NCBI GenBank assembly: GCA_012295275.1
Contig: CM022675.1
Coordinates: forward strand, 8,308,001-8,372,000
Direction of reading: 5' to 3'
Origin: Chrysomallon squamiferum
Lineage: Eukaryota; Animalia; Mollusca
Length of the DNA stretch: 64,000 nucleotides
Made by a program: the position numbers and the translations under genes. This document shows, piece after piece, positions 12,449-26,500 of the stretch (position 1 is the stretch's first letter; the number at the start of each line of letters is the position of its first letter). The notes below the pieces were generated by a model, which was not told where the DNA came from, ran no database searches, and saw nothing but the letters and a program-made list of their open reading frames with translations.

Positions 12449-12853
12449 GAAAACAAAAATTATTATTCAGTCAAAAAAAGGTCAAAATCAGAAAAATGAA
12501 ACATTTATTTCGTCTTTTACAGGATTGTATCCATCTTCTTTCCATGATTTCAGTATTTTTCTTCAACTAATTATTGAAAGTCAGGAAAAATCAGAAATAT
12601 CAGCGTTTAGAACTTATTGTTACTTTCAATAATTTTTCGTAACACAAAGAAATAGGGAAACAATATAAGATAAATAAATAAATAAATAAGGAGAAAATGT
12701 GTTACATACATCTTTGGAAAATGACAGTGGCTGAAACTGTTATGTTCATTTACGTAATTATTAAAAGTCATAAATCTTTGGATGACAATAAAAAGTAAAT
12801 AAATAAATAAGTGGAAAAATCCGTTACTACCGTTTCCGTTTCAGAGATGGACA

Positions 12854-13029
12854 TCAATGATTTAAAATGGGACTCCATCCGTCTTGTTCCCATGGCTCCA
12901 GTAACCAAGGAAACCACCGGAACAGAATCATAGAGTAATGTGCCAATTCGTGATCAAAGTAGACGTAATTCGAAGCTAAGACTCCATCCACAACAACAGT
13001 TCCTGTATCAGTCAGTGGTGCGTACAAAC
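12854..13029 (-). pseudogene. Orphan Hog terminal exon with frameshift
   Basis: Acceptor TTTCAG|GT at 13030/13029. [58 protein letters not shown] has a premature stop. No exon 4 is adjacent. Confidence 0.8.
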
Positions 13030-13594
13030 CTGAAAAAAAAAAAATTAAATATTTTATTTTAATATATTGCTATTGTTATTATTATTGCTGCTGTCATTAC
13101 CGCTACTACAACTAAGATTCAATCCACACCAGCAGTTCCTTTATTAGTCAATGAAAAATATTTAATGTTTTATTTTAGCACAATTATTATTTCAGTGGTG
13201 TTATTTAATTGTTATATTTTGCAGTAAATATAATGTCAGCCCAAACAATGAAATAACAGAAATACAGACTACTTTGATTTCCTTTTAGGCTCAGCAGTAG
13301 AGACGTAAAGGTTGAGCTTGATATAAATTTACATCGCTGCATAAGAGATTCACAAGTCTTTAGGGCCATTTGTCTTGTCACGGAGTAATATATAATATTT
13401 GCATTTTATTTGAAATTAATGCAGTCTGTGGAAATTTTAAAAAGAATATTTTAAAATATGATCGATTTCTCGCTTAATATTTTTTACGACTATGGTAATC
13501 GCTTTGTAACATGAAAATATATTAAACTATTTTGTGTCTGTATCTCACACACACATACACACACGCACGAACGCACACAGACGTGTATATCTAC

Positions 13595-13671
<77 letters not shown>

Positions 13672-14152
13672 GAAATTATGAGGTTCAAAATCCTTTTTCT
13701 CGAGATTTTCTGTTTGTAGTACATGTTTTTGTTTGTTTTTGGACCATTAAAATAAAACTGAATTTTACATTCGAAAAAATATCACTTGTGACTCGCAGTA
13801 ACTAGAAAATCCCAATCCTAATAAGTACTCAGTATTTAACAGATAAAATAAATAAGAATGTAAAAAAATGTGCTCTTAAAATGAATAAGATCTAGGAACG
13901 TTACATCTTCTAATGTCAGGTAAGACTGAGGGTCTTCATTTAAAGTGTTCAGAACAGTTAACTTATTTATGTAGATTATTCAAAAATATTCAAATATATA
14001 ATCGAGTTTATTTTTTTTTTTTTTTTTTTTTTTTTTACATTTTTACGACTATGTAGATGATTTCGTAGGATGCAGATCAGTTACAACGTTTTTGAGTACA
14101 TTTAACACAGAGGGAAGGAAAACGACGGAGAGAGTTTGAAAGCGCTAAAACC

Positions 14153-14446
14153 ATGAAATACTTTGTTTTTTTACTCCTACCTTTGATACAACGATCTGCA
14201 GGTAATGTCGTAATATTATTTTTAAAATTCGAATTTAAAGTGTTACAGATATCAGTCTGTGTATCTCAACTACGTCAGCGTCTGTCTCCGTGTGCAAAGA
14301 AGATGACGTTACTTATCTAGCTCCCGTGACTTTGTCTGTATGTCGGTGCTTGTTTTTTTGAGATATCTAGAGGAAGCGACTTTGTAAGGGATCGAATGAG
14401 TGCAGACCGATTTCTGCTTTCTATATATCCTGACACGAAAACAGAA

Positions 14447-14495
<49 letters not shown>

Positions 14496-14521
14496 TAATA
14501 ATGATAATAATAATAAAAATA

Positions 14522-14584
<63 letters not shown>

Positions 14585-17528
14585 TAATACATTTTGTGTC
14601 TCGCTTACTGTCTTTCCTAGTAAACTGTATACTCGAAGCATGCTAAAGCTTTTAATTCTCGGCAGATCTCTCCAGTTGCTATATTATTTCCTTTTCAAAC
14701 GAACGCGAGAGCTGGTATATCAGAGACAGTGTTTGAAGGTGTACAGAAAAAATATCACTTGCTGACACTACGCTGTTCTTCTTCCTTCATCCATTTTTAT
14801 TCCTGCACTCGCTATTTATTCTCGTTCCATTCTTTTCCTTACGTCTCGCAAAAAAATGTATTTCTCCCTCTGCATTTCTCTCCTCCACTCTCGTTCTTTT
14901 CCTCTTCTGTTTTTTTTGCACCTCACTTTCTTTTTCTACCTTACTTTAATCTTTTCCTCTTTTCTCTGTAGATTCCTCCCTCTGGGTTCTGTCTCTCCAG
15001 TCCCTTCTTCGAATGTCTGAACCTTGCTCCTTACCTCAAACATAATTCACGAAATACATTTTTATTTCAGACTGTGTGAGAGAATGTACTTGCACGTACA
15101 ACTATGAAAATGGTCGAAGTGGTACCAAAAGAAACAGGTGCGCGTGTTTGTGTAGAGTGGAAGCGAGTGGCGATAAGAACTGCTGCGCACCGTGTTGTTT
15201 CCATGGTGACAGCAATGTTACAATCGAAGACGGCTCACTGGTGAAAATGAAACATCTAACCGTGGGTCAGAAGGTTCTGACGGGTAAGTTATTATGATTA
15301 TTATTATTATTGTTGTTACGATTAACTGTTGAAGTTAATGTTGTTATGCAGCTCTCGCGTAAGTAATGCACACTGATTAATAGTACGTTTGTGAGCTATA
15401 GTTAAAAGATGATTATTGTAGACATCAAGGAACAAAACCGTCATGAATGCTATTTTCGAAAGAAAGCAGGGAAGAGTTGAACGTAGAAAATTACAAATAG
15501 TGTAACCCAGATTAAAAGGTAATTACAAACCAAACGTAATTACACATACGAGAGTCATTACTATCCGAGCAATATGCTGTCAAGATAACTAGTCTGAGTG
15601 GTATTAATATCTACAATTTGGCTCGTAGGGTAGCAAATCATTATAGCGTTACGTGACAAGGTGTTAATTATCTGAGACAGCTTAATTTACTAAATGACTA
15701 TTCTGTATCCACTAGAGAACAATAACACAAACAAGAATTCAATATGGATAATTGTTATATATATATATTACATAAATTAACCCTCAAAAGTGATATTTAG
15801 TTAAATCGTACAATGCGAACAATACCCTATAAAAGCAAATAGCGTTGATAAATAAAACTAAACTAATCAAGCCCAGTTGGTTACTTTATCTTTCTAACTA
15901 ATCTTTTAATTATTAACATACGTTATCTTAGTTTTTGAGCGTAAGTACGTACCACAGAATAAAACACCAAAAATCCAACAGTAATAGATTTAGCTATCTT
16001 TAATCACTCAGCATGTATGTTACACATACAAAACATTAAAACATAATTGCCTGAGTGGTCCTTTGTTTTGTGCAGATAGACCTCAGACAACGTGTCTCAA
16101 GCAGGGCACCAATCAAAGAGATACCGTTCCAAACGCGTGCCCTGCTTATATAACCATCGCGCGGACGTTCAGTAAACACCTCTGTAGACAGCCTTTCTGA
16201 ATTTACTTTGCAACTTTTAAAGCCCATTTTGAGTTTGTTAATCCCAGTTTTTCTTAGTTTATAAAATAACGGAACTTCCCCTAATATATATTATATCATA
16301 CAGCTTCTAAATAGTTCCTGTACGTTTGCTTTTGTGTATTTACCCCATTTTCTGACATCAATTAGGTAAACATTTAAGAAGGTTAAAAATATAAATTATA
16401 AACATGATTATACAAGATAGCTCAACAAATATTACCGTAAAATAATAATATACCTAAAATAAAATGTAGCAGATATTCTGCTGAAAATGGGTATTTCAAA
16501 AATAAAGGTCTTGTGAATAGTATGTAATTCACTACATATTGGAAAAGAACCATCTGCTAGAGGATAATGCTAAACAGGCGACCATGGAAACAATACGTTT
16601 AGGCTCTTTCGTGTTATTTTGTTATTTATGTTAGTTTAGAAAAAAGCATAGACGTAACAGGAGATGGTATTTATCAGTTTATTCGTCACATCTTCGAAAA
16701 TTATTACAGCAAAATGTCCTAATGTTGCCCAAAATATTGTCGTCACTACTATTTACATAGTGGATATCAGAGAGATGAAACATCTTGATTTGTGGTGTTT
16801 AAAGAAAAAGAAAACATTTTCTCTGCCAATCTGTTATTATTATTGCTATTATTAGTAGTAGTATTATAATAATTATTATTATTATTAGTAGTAGTATTAC
16901 TATTATCATTATTATTATTATTATTATTTTTATTATATTTTTGTTGTTGTTGTATTCACTATTGTAATCACTGCCTTTCTTTCAGTGGAAAATGGAAAAC
17001 GGACATTTACTGAAGTAAAAACTTTCATAAAACGAATACCCCTGACAAATGTCACTCATCGAACGTTTACGACAGAAAAAGGAAATCACTTTTCCATCAC
17101 AGAGGACCATCTGATATTTATGTCCAACAACAACAAAACTGCTGATATGAGAGCTGAGTGAGTATTCGTATGTTTCTGTCTGTACTCTTCACTTATTGGT
17201 GCCGAATTTTCTTGTCCTTGCCTGTGTGATTGTGATTCTAAATTAACGTTCGAGAAGTTTACTTATTGTTTTGTCTCTTCACTTTCATTTTATAACATTT
17301 TTCTGAAACTTCAGATAAACTAACGTATATATACTAAAACTTCTCATATACCTTACACTGAAATTTATATACGATAATACCGATAAAACAAAGTTAATTG
17401 ATACATATTTCTTCACACTCAGGTATGCGATGTTTGTAAAACGAGGTGATTATATTTTCTCCACACTGTCTTGTCCAAGTGGTCTTTGTCCAGAGCGAGT
17501 TGTTGATATTTCCTTTTCTGAAAAACCA

Positions 17529-17565
<37 letters not shown>

Positions 17566-17951
17566 GCAGCAATGATAATAATACTAGCAATATTAGTACT
17601 AATAACAAAAATGGAATTAATAATATTATTAACAGTAATAATTATAGCAACACAAGTGGAAATAACCATTAATTCCAGTGAGTTTCATATACTGAAAAAA
17701 AATATTTAATATTTTTCACAGGGTTGTACGTACCACTCACTGATACAGGAACTCTTGTTGTGGATGGAGTCTTAGCTTCGAATTACGTTTACTTTGATCA
17801 GGAATTGGCACATTACTTGATGATTCCATTCCGGTGGTTTCCTTGGTTACTGAGACCGTGGGAACAAGACGGATGGAGTCCGATTTTAAAATTCTTGGCG
17901 TCCTTATCTGAAACGTTAGCACCTTTCAGTGTGTTCCCACAACGTACCTAG
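14153..17951 (+). CDS. Hog/Hint-domain secreted precursor, copy C (8-Cys peptide), ~256 aa, 5 exons
   Basis: Exons 14153-14201, 15071-15283, 16986-17157, 17423-17529, 17722-17951, in frame (771 nt). [58 protein letters not shown]|CFHGDS...FIKR...ITEDH...DGVLASNYV. Confidence 0.9.
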
Positions 17952-18809
17952 CAGATTTTTCCCCTTATTTATTGATTTATTGATTTACTGATTTACTGAT
18001 TTATTTTATACTGTTTCCCGATTTCTTTTTGTTGCGAATAATTATTGAAAGTAATAAAAAGAACTGATCGCTAATATTTACGACTTTTAATAATTAGGTA
18101 AAAGAACATACCGAAATCATGGAATAAAGACGTATGTAATCCTTTAAAGAACGATATCAATTTTTCCTTTGTCTGATATGGTGCTTTTTGTGTTTTCTGA
18201 ATAAAAATATTAATAAGAAGAAGAAGAAGAAGAAGAAAGAAGAAGAAATTGAATTACAGTTGGAAGGAGAAAACGAAGAAGTTGAATAATAATTGGAAGC
18301 AGATTATAAATCGTTGAATTTAATCAGTTTTATATTTGTAGGTAGAATACTAAATGTTAATAATAATGAAAACAAAGAACATGGACATATGGCAGATTAA
18401 GATCTAAGTTCAAATTTGATTCATATCAAACACTACTTTTAAATATTTCAAGTAACGTTTTGTTTTCTTCTTGGTTACAACCAATGTTAGTTCAATTCCC
18501 ATCGTTTCTAAATTCGATTCAGATCAGTTTTAGTTTGTATCTGGGTTATAATTGCATCTGTTATAGTATCTGTTCAGTTATCTAAAGAAGAGTTATTGGT
18601 TTTCTATAAGTATTATTTAATCTTTTTTATATATTTCACTCAATCGCATTTTTTATAAGTAGTTATTGATGTTTTAAGATTTTCTGAACATATAAATTTA
18701 TATATTAGTAAATAACTGTTTTATATATAATTAAATAAAATTTACTTGGACCATTAACCATATTTCATTATTTATTATGGGGAAAAAACATGACGGTTTC
18801 TTGAAGTTT

Positions 18810-18899
<90 letters not shown>

Positions 18900-18909
18900 A
18901 ACCAATAGT

Positions 18910-19111
18910 CTGCCAGTTGTGTTATTGGACATAAATATTAGATGGTCCTCTGTGACGAAAAACTCATTTCCCTTTTCTGTCGTAAATGTTCGATGGGTGA
19001 CATTGGTCAGGGGTATTCGTTTGATGAACATTTTTACTTCAGTAAATATCCGTTTTCCATTTTCCACTGAAAGAATGTCAGTGATTTTAACAACAACAAA
19101 ATCAGCAACAA

Positions 19112-19155
<44 letters not shown>

Positions 19156-20181
19156 TGATGATGATGATGATGATTTTGATGATGATAATGATGGCGACAA
19201 CTAGATTAGCAACATTAACTTCAGTAATGTAGATTATCAGAATCCAGGATGTTTGATGGTGACCATAACATTTTGATGGACAATGACAGTGACTTTATTC
19301 TCATAAACCGTAGGATTACAGTACAGCCAAGAATATGCCTCAGATATATAATAATACAGATATAAATAAAAAAAAAAAAAAATAAATGAAGTATCTTCTA
19401 CTTTAGTTTGTTTTACATGTACGTATTCTACCACTGTCTCGCTTCTTTCCTTTCTAGTGTTTAGTTCATGGAGTCATTAGTGATCAGTGTTTTTGTTTAT
19501 TCTTGAGCTTTATGATGATCTTTAACTTCAGTAAAATTAATAGTTGTCTTAATAATTTACCTGTGAGAATATTCTGACCTGCAGTTAGATATTTCATTTT
19601 CACCAGTGAACCGTCTTCGAGTACAAGCTTACTCTCACCATGAGAAAAAAACATGGTAAACAGCAATCCTCATCGGTGTACAAAACACAATTACAATAAC
19701 AGCTTTAGGAAGTCATCATAGTCCACTCCTTGCTTGTAATATTTTTTTTTTTTCTCTTGCAAATACATTTATGAATATATCCTGGAGTAAAAGCGTTTTC
19801 GTCAGTAGGAGAAAGAAAGACAGGACTTGAGAGAGGAAAAGGCACCAAAACAAAATGAGATGGCGAAAGATTTAAAGGTAAGTTAAAAGAAAGGCTGATG
19901 GAATTAGACAGGAATAGTAAAGCTAACAGACAGAGTGAAATACTGTGAGGTGGAGAGATGAAAGCAAAGACAGGAAGTAATGGAGGCGGAGGAAGAGGAG
20001 TAATAATAAGGAAAGGGAGGAAAAAGAAAAGAGAAGAAGAAAGAAGAAACGGAAATAAAGTGACAGAAACCAAACAGACGTGAAATGTGGTAACGGGATT
20101 AATATAAATTCGAAAACGATACGAAATACCTCTTACAGGCTGTGGCAGCAAAAGCAGGATTAGCAAAGCAGAATACTTCAT
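18910..20181 (-). pseudogene. Hog/Hint copy D, pseudogene
   Basis: Exon 1 20181-20130 (MKYSALLILLLLPQPVR). Exon 2 19781-19561 (GYIHKCICK...TS*SCYCNCVLYTDEDCCLPC-FF) has an in-frame TAA at 19707-19705, catalytic Cys1 lost and a frameshift at the cleavage site. Exon 3 from 19065 is truncated near 18913 next to a (CA)n tract. No adjacent exons 4-5. Confidence 0.85.
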
Positions 20182-20367
20182 AGTATCAAAACGTTTGAAC
20201 TCTGTGCGTTTTTCCTTCTATCGCTGTAATTCTAATACTGACGAAATCGTTTAATTCATTTGTATTGCCGAAAGGCATTTGCATCGCTATAAAACTGAGA
20301 AAAGAAAAAATCAATCATATATCTAAATATTTTATAGTAATTTGCATGAATAACTGTCATATTAACT

Positions 20368-20443
<76 letters not shown>

Positions 20444-21042
20444 ACAGAGAGATACATGACATACTTGATCGTTTATCCCTTTTACAAAGCGATTAACATA
20501 GTCGTAAAAATATCAGTCAATCATACATTAAAATCTTTTTTTTTGAAAATCTTCAATGGGTTATTTCAAGTTCACCAGTAGTTGATTTGAATTTCTAATA
20601 AGTGAATGTGGTTTCACTTTTGAAAGCGAGAATAATTACTGTCTATTTCTAGTTTAAAATTCACTGCTCAGCTTCAATTTTTTTTAGATTAAACAGTTTT
20701 TCTGATGGTAAACCTGACATGCTGGTAGAACATACTCGCTTTTATAAAGCGATTAACATAGTCGTAAAAATACAAAGAGAGAAATCAATCATATATTAAA
20801 ATCTTTTTTTAAACACCTTCATAGATTATTTCAAGTCCACCTGTTGTTAACTTGAATTTCTAATAACTGAATGTGCTTTTAATTTAGAAAGAGAGAATAA
20901 TGACAAGTTGTCTGCTACCAAAATACTACAAATAATACGATTTTATTTTGCATTTACTATGTTAAATCACCAACTGTAATGTCTTCTTAGAGATAGCACC
21001 ATTTGAATTAAATAAATAAATAATAACAAGAGAACTAATAAC

Positions 21043-21087
<45 letters not shown>

Positions 21088-21617
21088 TTGGTTTGCAAAC
21101 AGAACTGATATATTTGGAGTACTTTATTATTAAAATAATAATAATAATGATAATAATAATAATAATTTGGTTTGCAAACAGAACTGATATATTTGGAGTA
21201 CTTTATTATTAAAATTTATTATTAAAATAAAAAATTAATTAATTAATAATAATAATAATGAAAATAATAATTGTAATAATAATAACAACAACAAAATAAA
21301 TAAATATAATTTAAAAAAAAAAACAAGAAGTTTTGTATTTCATTTTAATTTTATTTTTAATTTTTTTTTTTTTTTTTTGAAATATGGTGATTCCATTAAA
21401 GCAATATACATGTACAAAATCAATGAAATATCACAATTAAATTTTTATTTTTCTTCAGACATTTAGAAAAACAAAAACAGGTTAGTATTATGTTGACATT
21501 TGACCTTGCATCAGAACAGACGTCTTACTAAAACATGAAATATTTTGTCATTGTCATTTATTATTATTTTATTAATCATGTTTTTCTACTTGATTTTATC
21601 ATCAGTCATCATTGTTG

Positions 21618-21649
<32 letters not shown>

Positions 21650-22011
21650 TTCATTATTATTATTATTATCATTAATATAACTACAACGTCTTCTATATTA
21701 CTAATGCTACTACTACTGCTGTTAATAATCATGTTATTATTACTATTATCATCCTCAGTCATATTAATCAGAATTTTTATTACCTGATTTTTAAGAAACA
21801 TTCAAAAATAGGGTGCATTTATTTATCCACACAAATATAACCATAATGAATATTGTCACTCCATTACACAATCTAATCAAACAAAAAAAATCTTCTCTCT
21901 GAAGACAATGATCATAGTCCTGGGATTTTTATTTTTCATTTTTTTTTTTTTTATTTTTTAGAGAAATTTGGTTATCTGCTAGTACATTGCACCATGTAAA
22001 TTAAGTAAATC

Positions 22012-22057
<46 letters not shown>

Positions 22058-22379
22058 GTAATAATAATAATAATAATAATAAAAAGACTATTAATAATGA
22101 CAGTAACAATAATAATAGTAATAATAGCAATAATAAAAGAATATTAATAATAACAATAATAACAACAACAATTGTAATAACGATGCTTTAGTAGTAATAA
22201 AACAGATCAATACAAATAATAATAAATACATTTCTTGTATATATTTATTTCCAACTGATTTCTCACGATAAATAAAGCAACAAAACTCTTTTTAAAGTTG
22301 GTTCTCATACGAAGTAATATCATTCAGTTAGTTTCAAACATTTCATTCTGAAGTCACATAATTAATAATATTTCTATCT

Positions 22380-23472
22380 TCAGCTAGATGGTGTCTCTTG
22401 TTCAGGGTCAGGGTTAACTAGCTTCTTGATTTTCTCCTGAATATACTGAACTTTTTGGACTACTGTTCCTTTACTGGCTAGTTCGAAATAGGGAAGCTGA
22501 AAAATAAATAAACAAATAAATAAATAAATAAAAACATATATATAACATATACAGACATATACGTAAAACAATATTAAGATCTATCAACAAATATATTTTG
22601 TAATATGCATTAAAAACTGAAATAATAATATATAACATTAAATATTTATTAAAAGTAATAATGATAATAATAATGATGATGATAATCACAAAACTATTAA
22701 TAACAACAACAAATGCAATAATAATACTAATAATAATAATAAAAACAACAATAATATCAAAAAACAAAAACAAATGCAGTAGTAGTTAAAATAACAATAA
22801 AAATGACACATGAATAATTAATTTTTTTTTTTTTAAATAATACTACAAATACAAGAAATAATACCTGAATACAATAACTATTAAATATTAAAATATATAT
22901 ATAAAAGTATAAACATGGAGGGAAATAAAAAAAAACTTTTCTCATTTGAATATATTAAAATAAATATATATAAAAGTATAAACATGGAGGGAAATAATAA
23001 AAAACTTTTCTCATTCGAATATATTAAAATATATATATATAAAATTATAAACATGGAGGGAAATAAAAAAAACTTTTCTCATTCGAATATATTAAAATAT
23101 ATATATATATAAAATATTATAAACATGGAGGGAAATATAAAAATGTTTCTAATTCGGGTGTGTCACTTACCTCAACCACTGTGTAACCCTCTTTCTGTAA
23201 ATGTCTTCTTGCCATAACATGCAGGCCAGTTGGATGTACAGACTTCTGAGTCATGTCAGAGAAATCCAGTATCTTTAATGCTATTCTGAAATAAAAAATA
23301 AAACAAAAAAATAAAAAAGTGCATTCAGGATAAAGTATGCACAAAGTATACTGGTCACAACAAGTTAAGGATGAATATGAATTTTCCAGCAAATTTAAAA
23401 TAAAGAAATAATAGCAGTAAAAAAATAAACAGATAATAATGGTAAAAAGAAGAAGAAAAGTATTTTTATTTA

Positions 23473-23508
<36 letters not shown>

Positions 23509-26500
23509 GAAGATTTAAATCCTACCGTCATGTTATAACAACAAAGTAGGTTTTAAATGCTTATCAGAAATAAATATCTTGGTAAAGAGTATACTGGTCA
23601 AAACAATTTAAGGGTTAGTAACTTAAAAATAATAAATGAATAAATAATGAAGATTTAAGTATTTACTATATAATCAAAAGTGATGTTATTTCAAAAATAA
23701 ATAAAATATATGTGATAAAAAAAAATTATACTGGTCACAACAAGATATGGATCAGTACAAATTTTCAGCTTAATTAAAAAAATCATTAAAAAATACCCCC
23801 AAAATTTGTAATACCAAGGAAAGCAACAGACAATAAAAAGTTCATTACAGACACAGCTAAGAACACTGGCTTTTGCTTCTACAAGAAACGAAATGATGTT
23901 ATATAAAAATAACAAATTGTGATATTAAGTTTAGATACCTGAATGTGTTTTCTGGTTTCTTCTCACTTGTCTGCTCATAGGGCTGAGGCTGTCCTGATTG
24001 ATTCACGTACATCTCAGCATCTGTCAAAGAGTCAAATTTTTTATGTTTGCAAACATCACTTAACATCATTGGTGTTACAGTCACGTTTGGATTTCTCCAC
24101 TGTCTAGAGGCTGAGAATTGTTTTATTCGAAAAAAAAAGCATGGGGAATGGAAAAGGTTAGGATTTCAGAATTCTTCAGATTTTAGAATATTTTAGAATA
24201 TAAGGAGGAAGCCTAAGAATAGGATTTAAGTCTAAATACGAATTCCATTTATATTTAAATCATTTTATACTTAAAACAAAGTTTGTGTTTTCCTATAAAG
24301 ATGTTCTGCAGGATTGTCTATATAATATTTTAAATCATTTTATGCTTAAAACAAAGTTTGTGTATTTAAACATTCCATCTAAATTTGTAAATGGAATCAT
24401 ACCATAATACACTATCTCTGCTGCTTCTAGAAACACACAGCCATTATAATTATCTTGACATCATATATAAATATATATATTATTTTTTTGTTGTTTTGTT
24501 GTTGTTTTTTTAAATTTAATAATTCTGGATTTTATTTACCAACAAAATATCCCATTGGTGTGAGAACATCCTTTTTGGTGAATCGATCCACTGGCGCTGT
24601 GCTTACAAGGGCAGCAATAACTGACTCAGAGAGAGGCCGGTTTGGGTGAATATGAGTCTTAAAAAAAATATAACAAAATGAAATGAAATATTAATAAAGA
24701 GAACAGATTTATAAATAAAAAATATTTATTTTTGTGAATATGGATATATATATATAAAGATTCATCTTTATTTGAATTTATGTACTGAGATCCTGTTTCG
24801 TTTAAATTTAGCAGCAAAAGATGGTTTCCAGGATGATTTACAGCATTTACACATCTGCAAGTCACCCATTTTTTTAAAAATTCAGGATAAACAAATTTCA
24901 TGCCACTTATATCCTAGAGTTTACTTTTTCTTTTTTTTAAATTAAAATTTTGTTAATAAAAAAAGACATAAATATATAAACATACTGTATTGCTTTACTT
25001 TTTTATTATTATTATTATTAGATATACACAGGCAAACACTCAGTATTATTTGGCCATTTTTTCCCTGTTACCAAATTAAAACTTTTAATATTATGGAATA
25101 CCTGAGAGACATTTGAAAGCCAATTTGCTGGGAGTTTGGGCCCATCGTAGTCTGTCAAATCATACTGTGCAGACGTCTGAATGTTCATCAGCTTGATAGC
25201 TGCAACCTGCCGATGATAATCCTCAAAGCTTTCACCTGAAACAATCAGCAAAGATGAATTAATCCATAGCAGCTCTGTCAAAGTATAGCAAAGATTAATT
25301 AATCTACAGCATGCTCTGTCAAAATATAGCAAAGGTTAATTAATCCACAGTAGTTCTGTCAAAATATAGCAAAGATTAATTATACATAGCAGCTCTGTGA
25401 AAGTATGGCAAAGATTAATTAACATATAGCAGTTTTGTCAATGTTAGAAACATAAATGAATACTCAGAGAAACAGTTAAATGTGCATGGTGTATAATATT
25501 TAAACATTTAAAAGTTTTTAACCAAATCTAGTCGTCATATTTTGTTATGATAAAAAAAAAAAAAAAAATTCATATACACCCTGAATACAGTGTTTTTCAC
25601 TTTCTTCCAGTATTCCTGAAGTTTACTGTCTTGACATATTTTAATATTATACATGAAGTAAGTGGTTACTGTCTTCAGATACCAGCTTTATCTTGTGAAG
25701 GTTCAAATGCAATTTGCTGCGAGTCACATCAGGCAATTCAACCTGAGCAGAATAAAGCTGTTTTCTTAATATAGTAACCAATTATTTCTCTTATCCTGCG
25801 ATCAGAAATAATACAAAAACTAACTGAAATTAACTGTTTCTTTTTTATTTTTTTGTCAGTAAAATGCATTTAACAGTAGTACATTTATGCATACTTATTT
25901 TGTTGTCACTAAACATTAAAGCAAAATAGTTCTTCAGTAAGTAAGAATTAAAAAACTAAAATGTTTGTCAACCATTTAACTACCTTCATTTACTTCATTA
26001 ATTAATATTAATGAGTAACATTTTATAAATACACAGAGTATTATTTAATCAAAATTAATTTAAAACATTTATATGTTCAATGTATTTGACAATATTATTT
26101 CATTACAGCCTGCTTGTCCAAATAATTAATACCTATATTTAAAAACCTTTTCCATAAAAAGTATTAAAAAGATCAAATACTAATTAACATATTGAACACC
26201 ATATTGACATTCCAAAATAATTTACAGCCACAATTTTATCATACAATGATGTTTTAAATTTCTGTTTCCAATCATGACATCATTGTAAAAGTAAAAAGTC
26301 CAGTATCTAAGCTTCAGATCCCTTGATTCAAGGATTCAGAAGCAACATTAATGTGTGGTAGTGGTCAGACCATTACTACATAAAGCAGGGAAGCTTAGTG
26401 TTAAATTGTTACTGTGCTACAGCTGAGAGACCGGGAAATATTAAGATTTAAGAATTAAGTTCGCAATGAAATGAATGAGTGTAAGGTTTCGCATTAATTT

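Noticed and set aside
15071-15085. Free N-terminal Cys in copy C enabling native-ligation-type head-to-tail cyclisation
   Set aside because: By comparison with the other copies (VDA|, GSG|, VRG|), the extra Cys best fits the -1 position of the signal cleavage site (ADC|V), so it would be removed. SignalP would be needed to revisit this.
313-17951. Calling these genes canonical hedgehog
   Set aside because: No Hedge signalling domain (no CGPGR start, no ~170-aa N domain) exists between the signal exon and the Hint; only ~40 aa intervene.
12854-19065. Copy D completing itself by splicing across copy C to the orphan exon at 13029
   Set aside because: D already has a stop, a frameshift and a truncated exon 3, and no minus-strand exon 4 lies between them.
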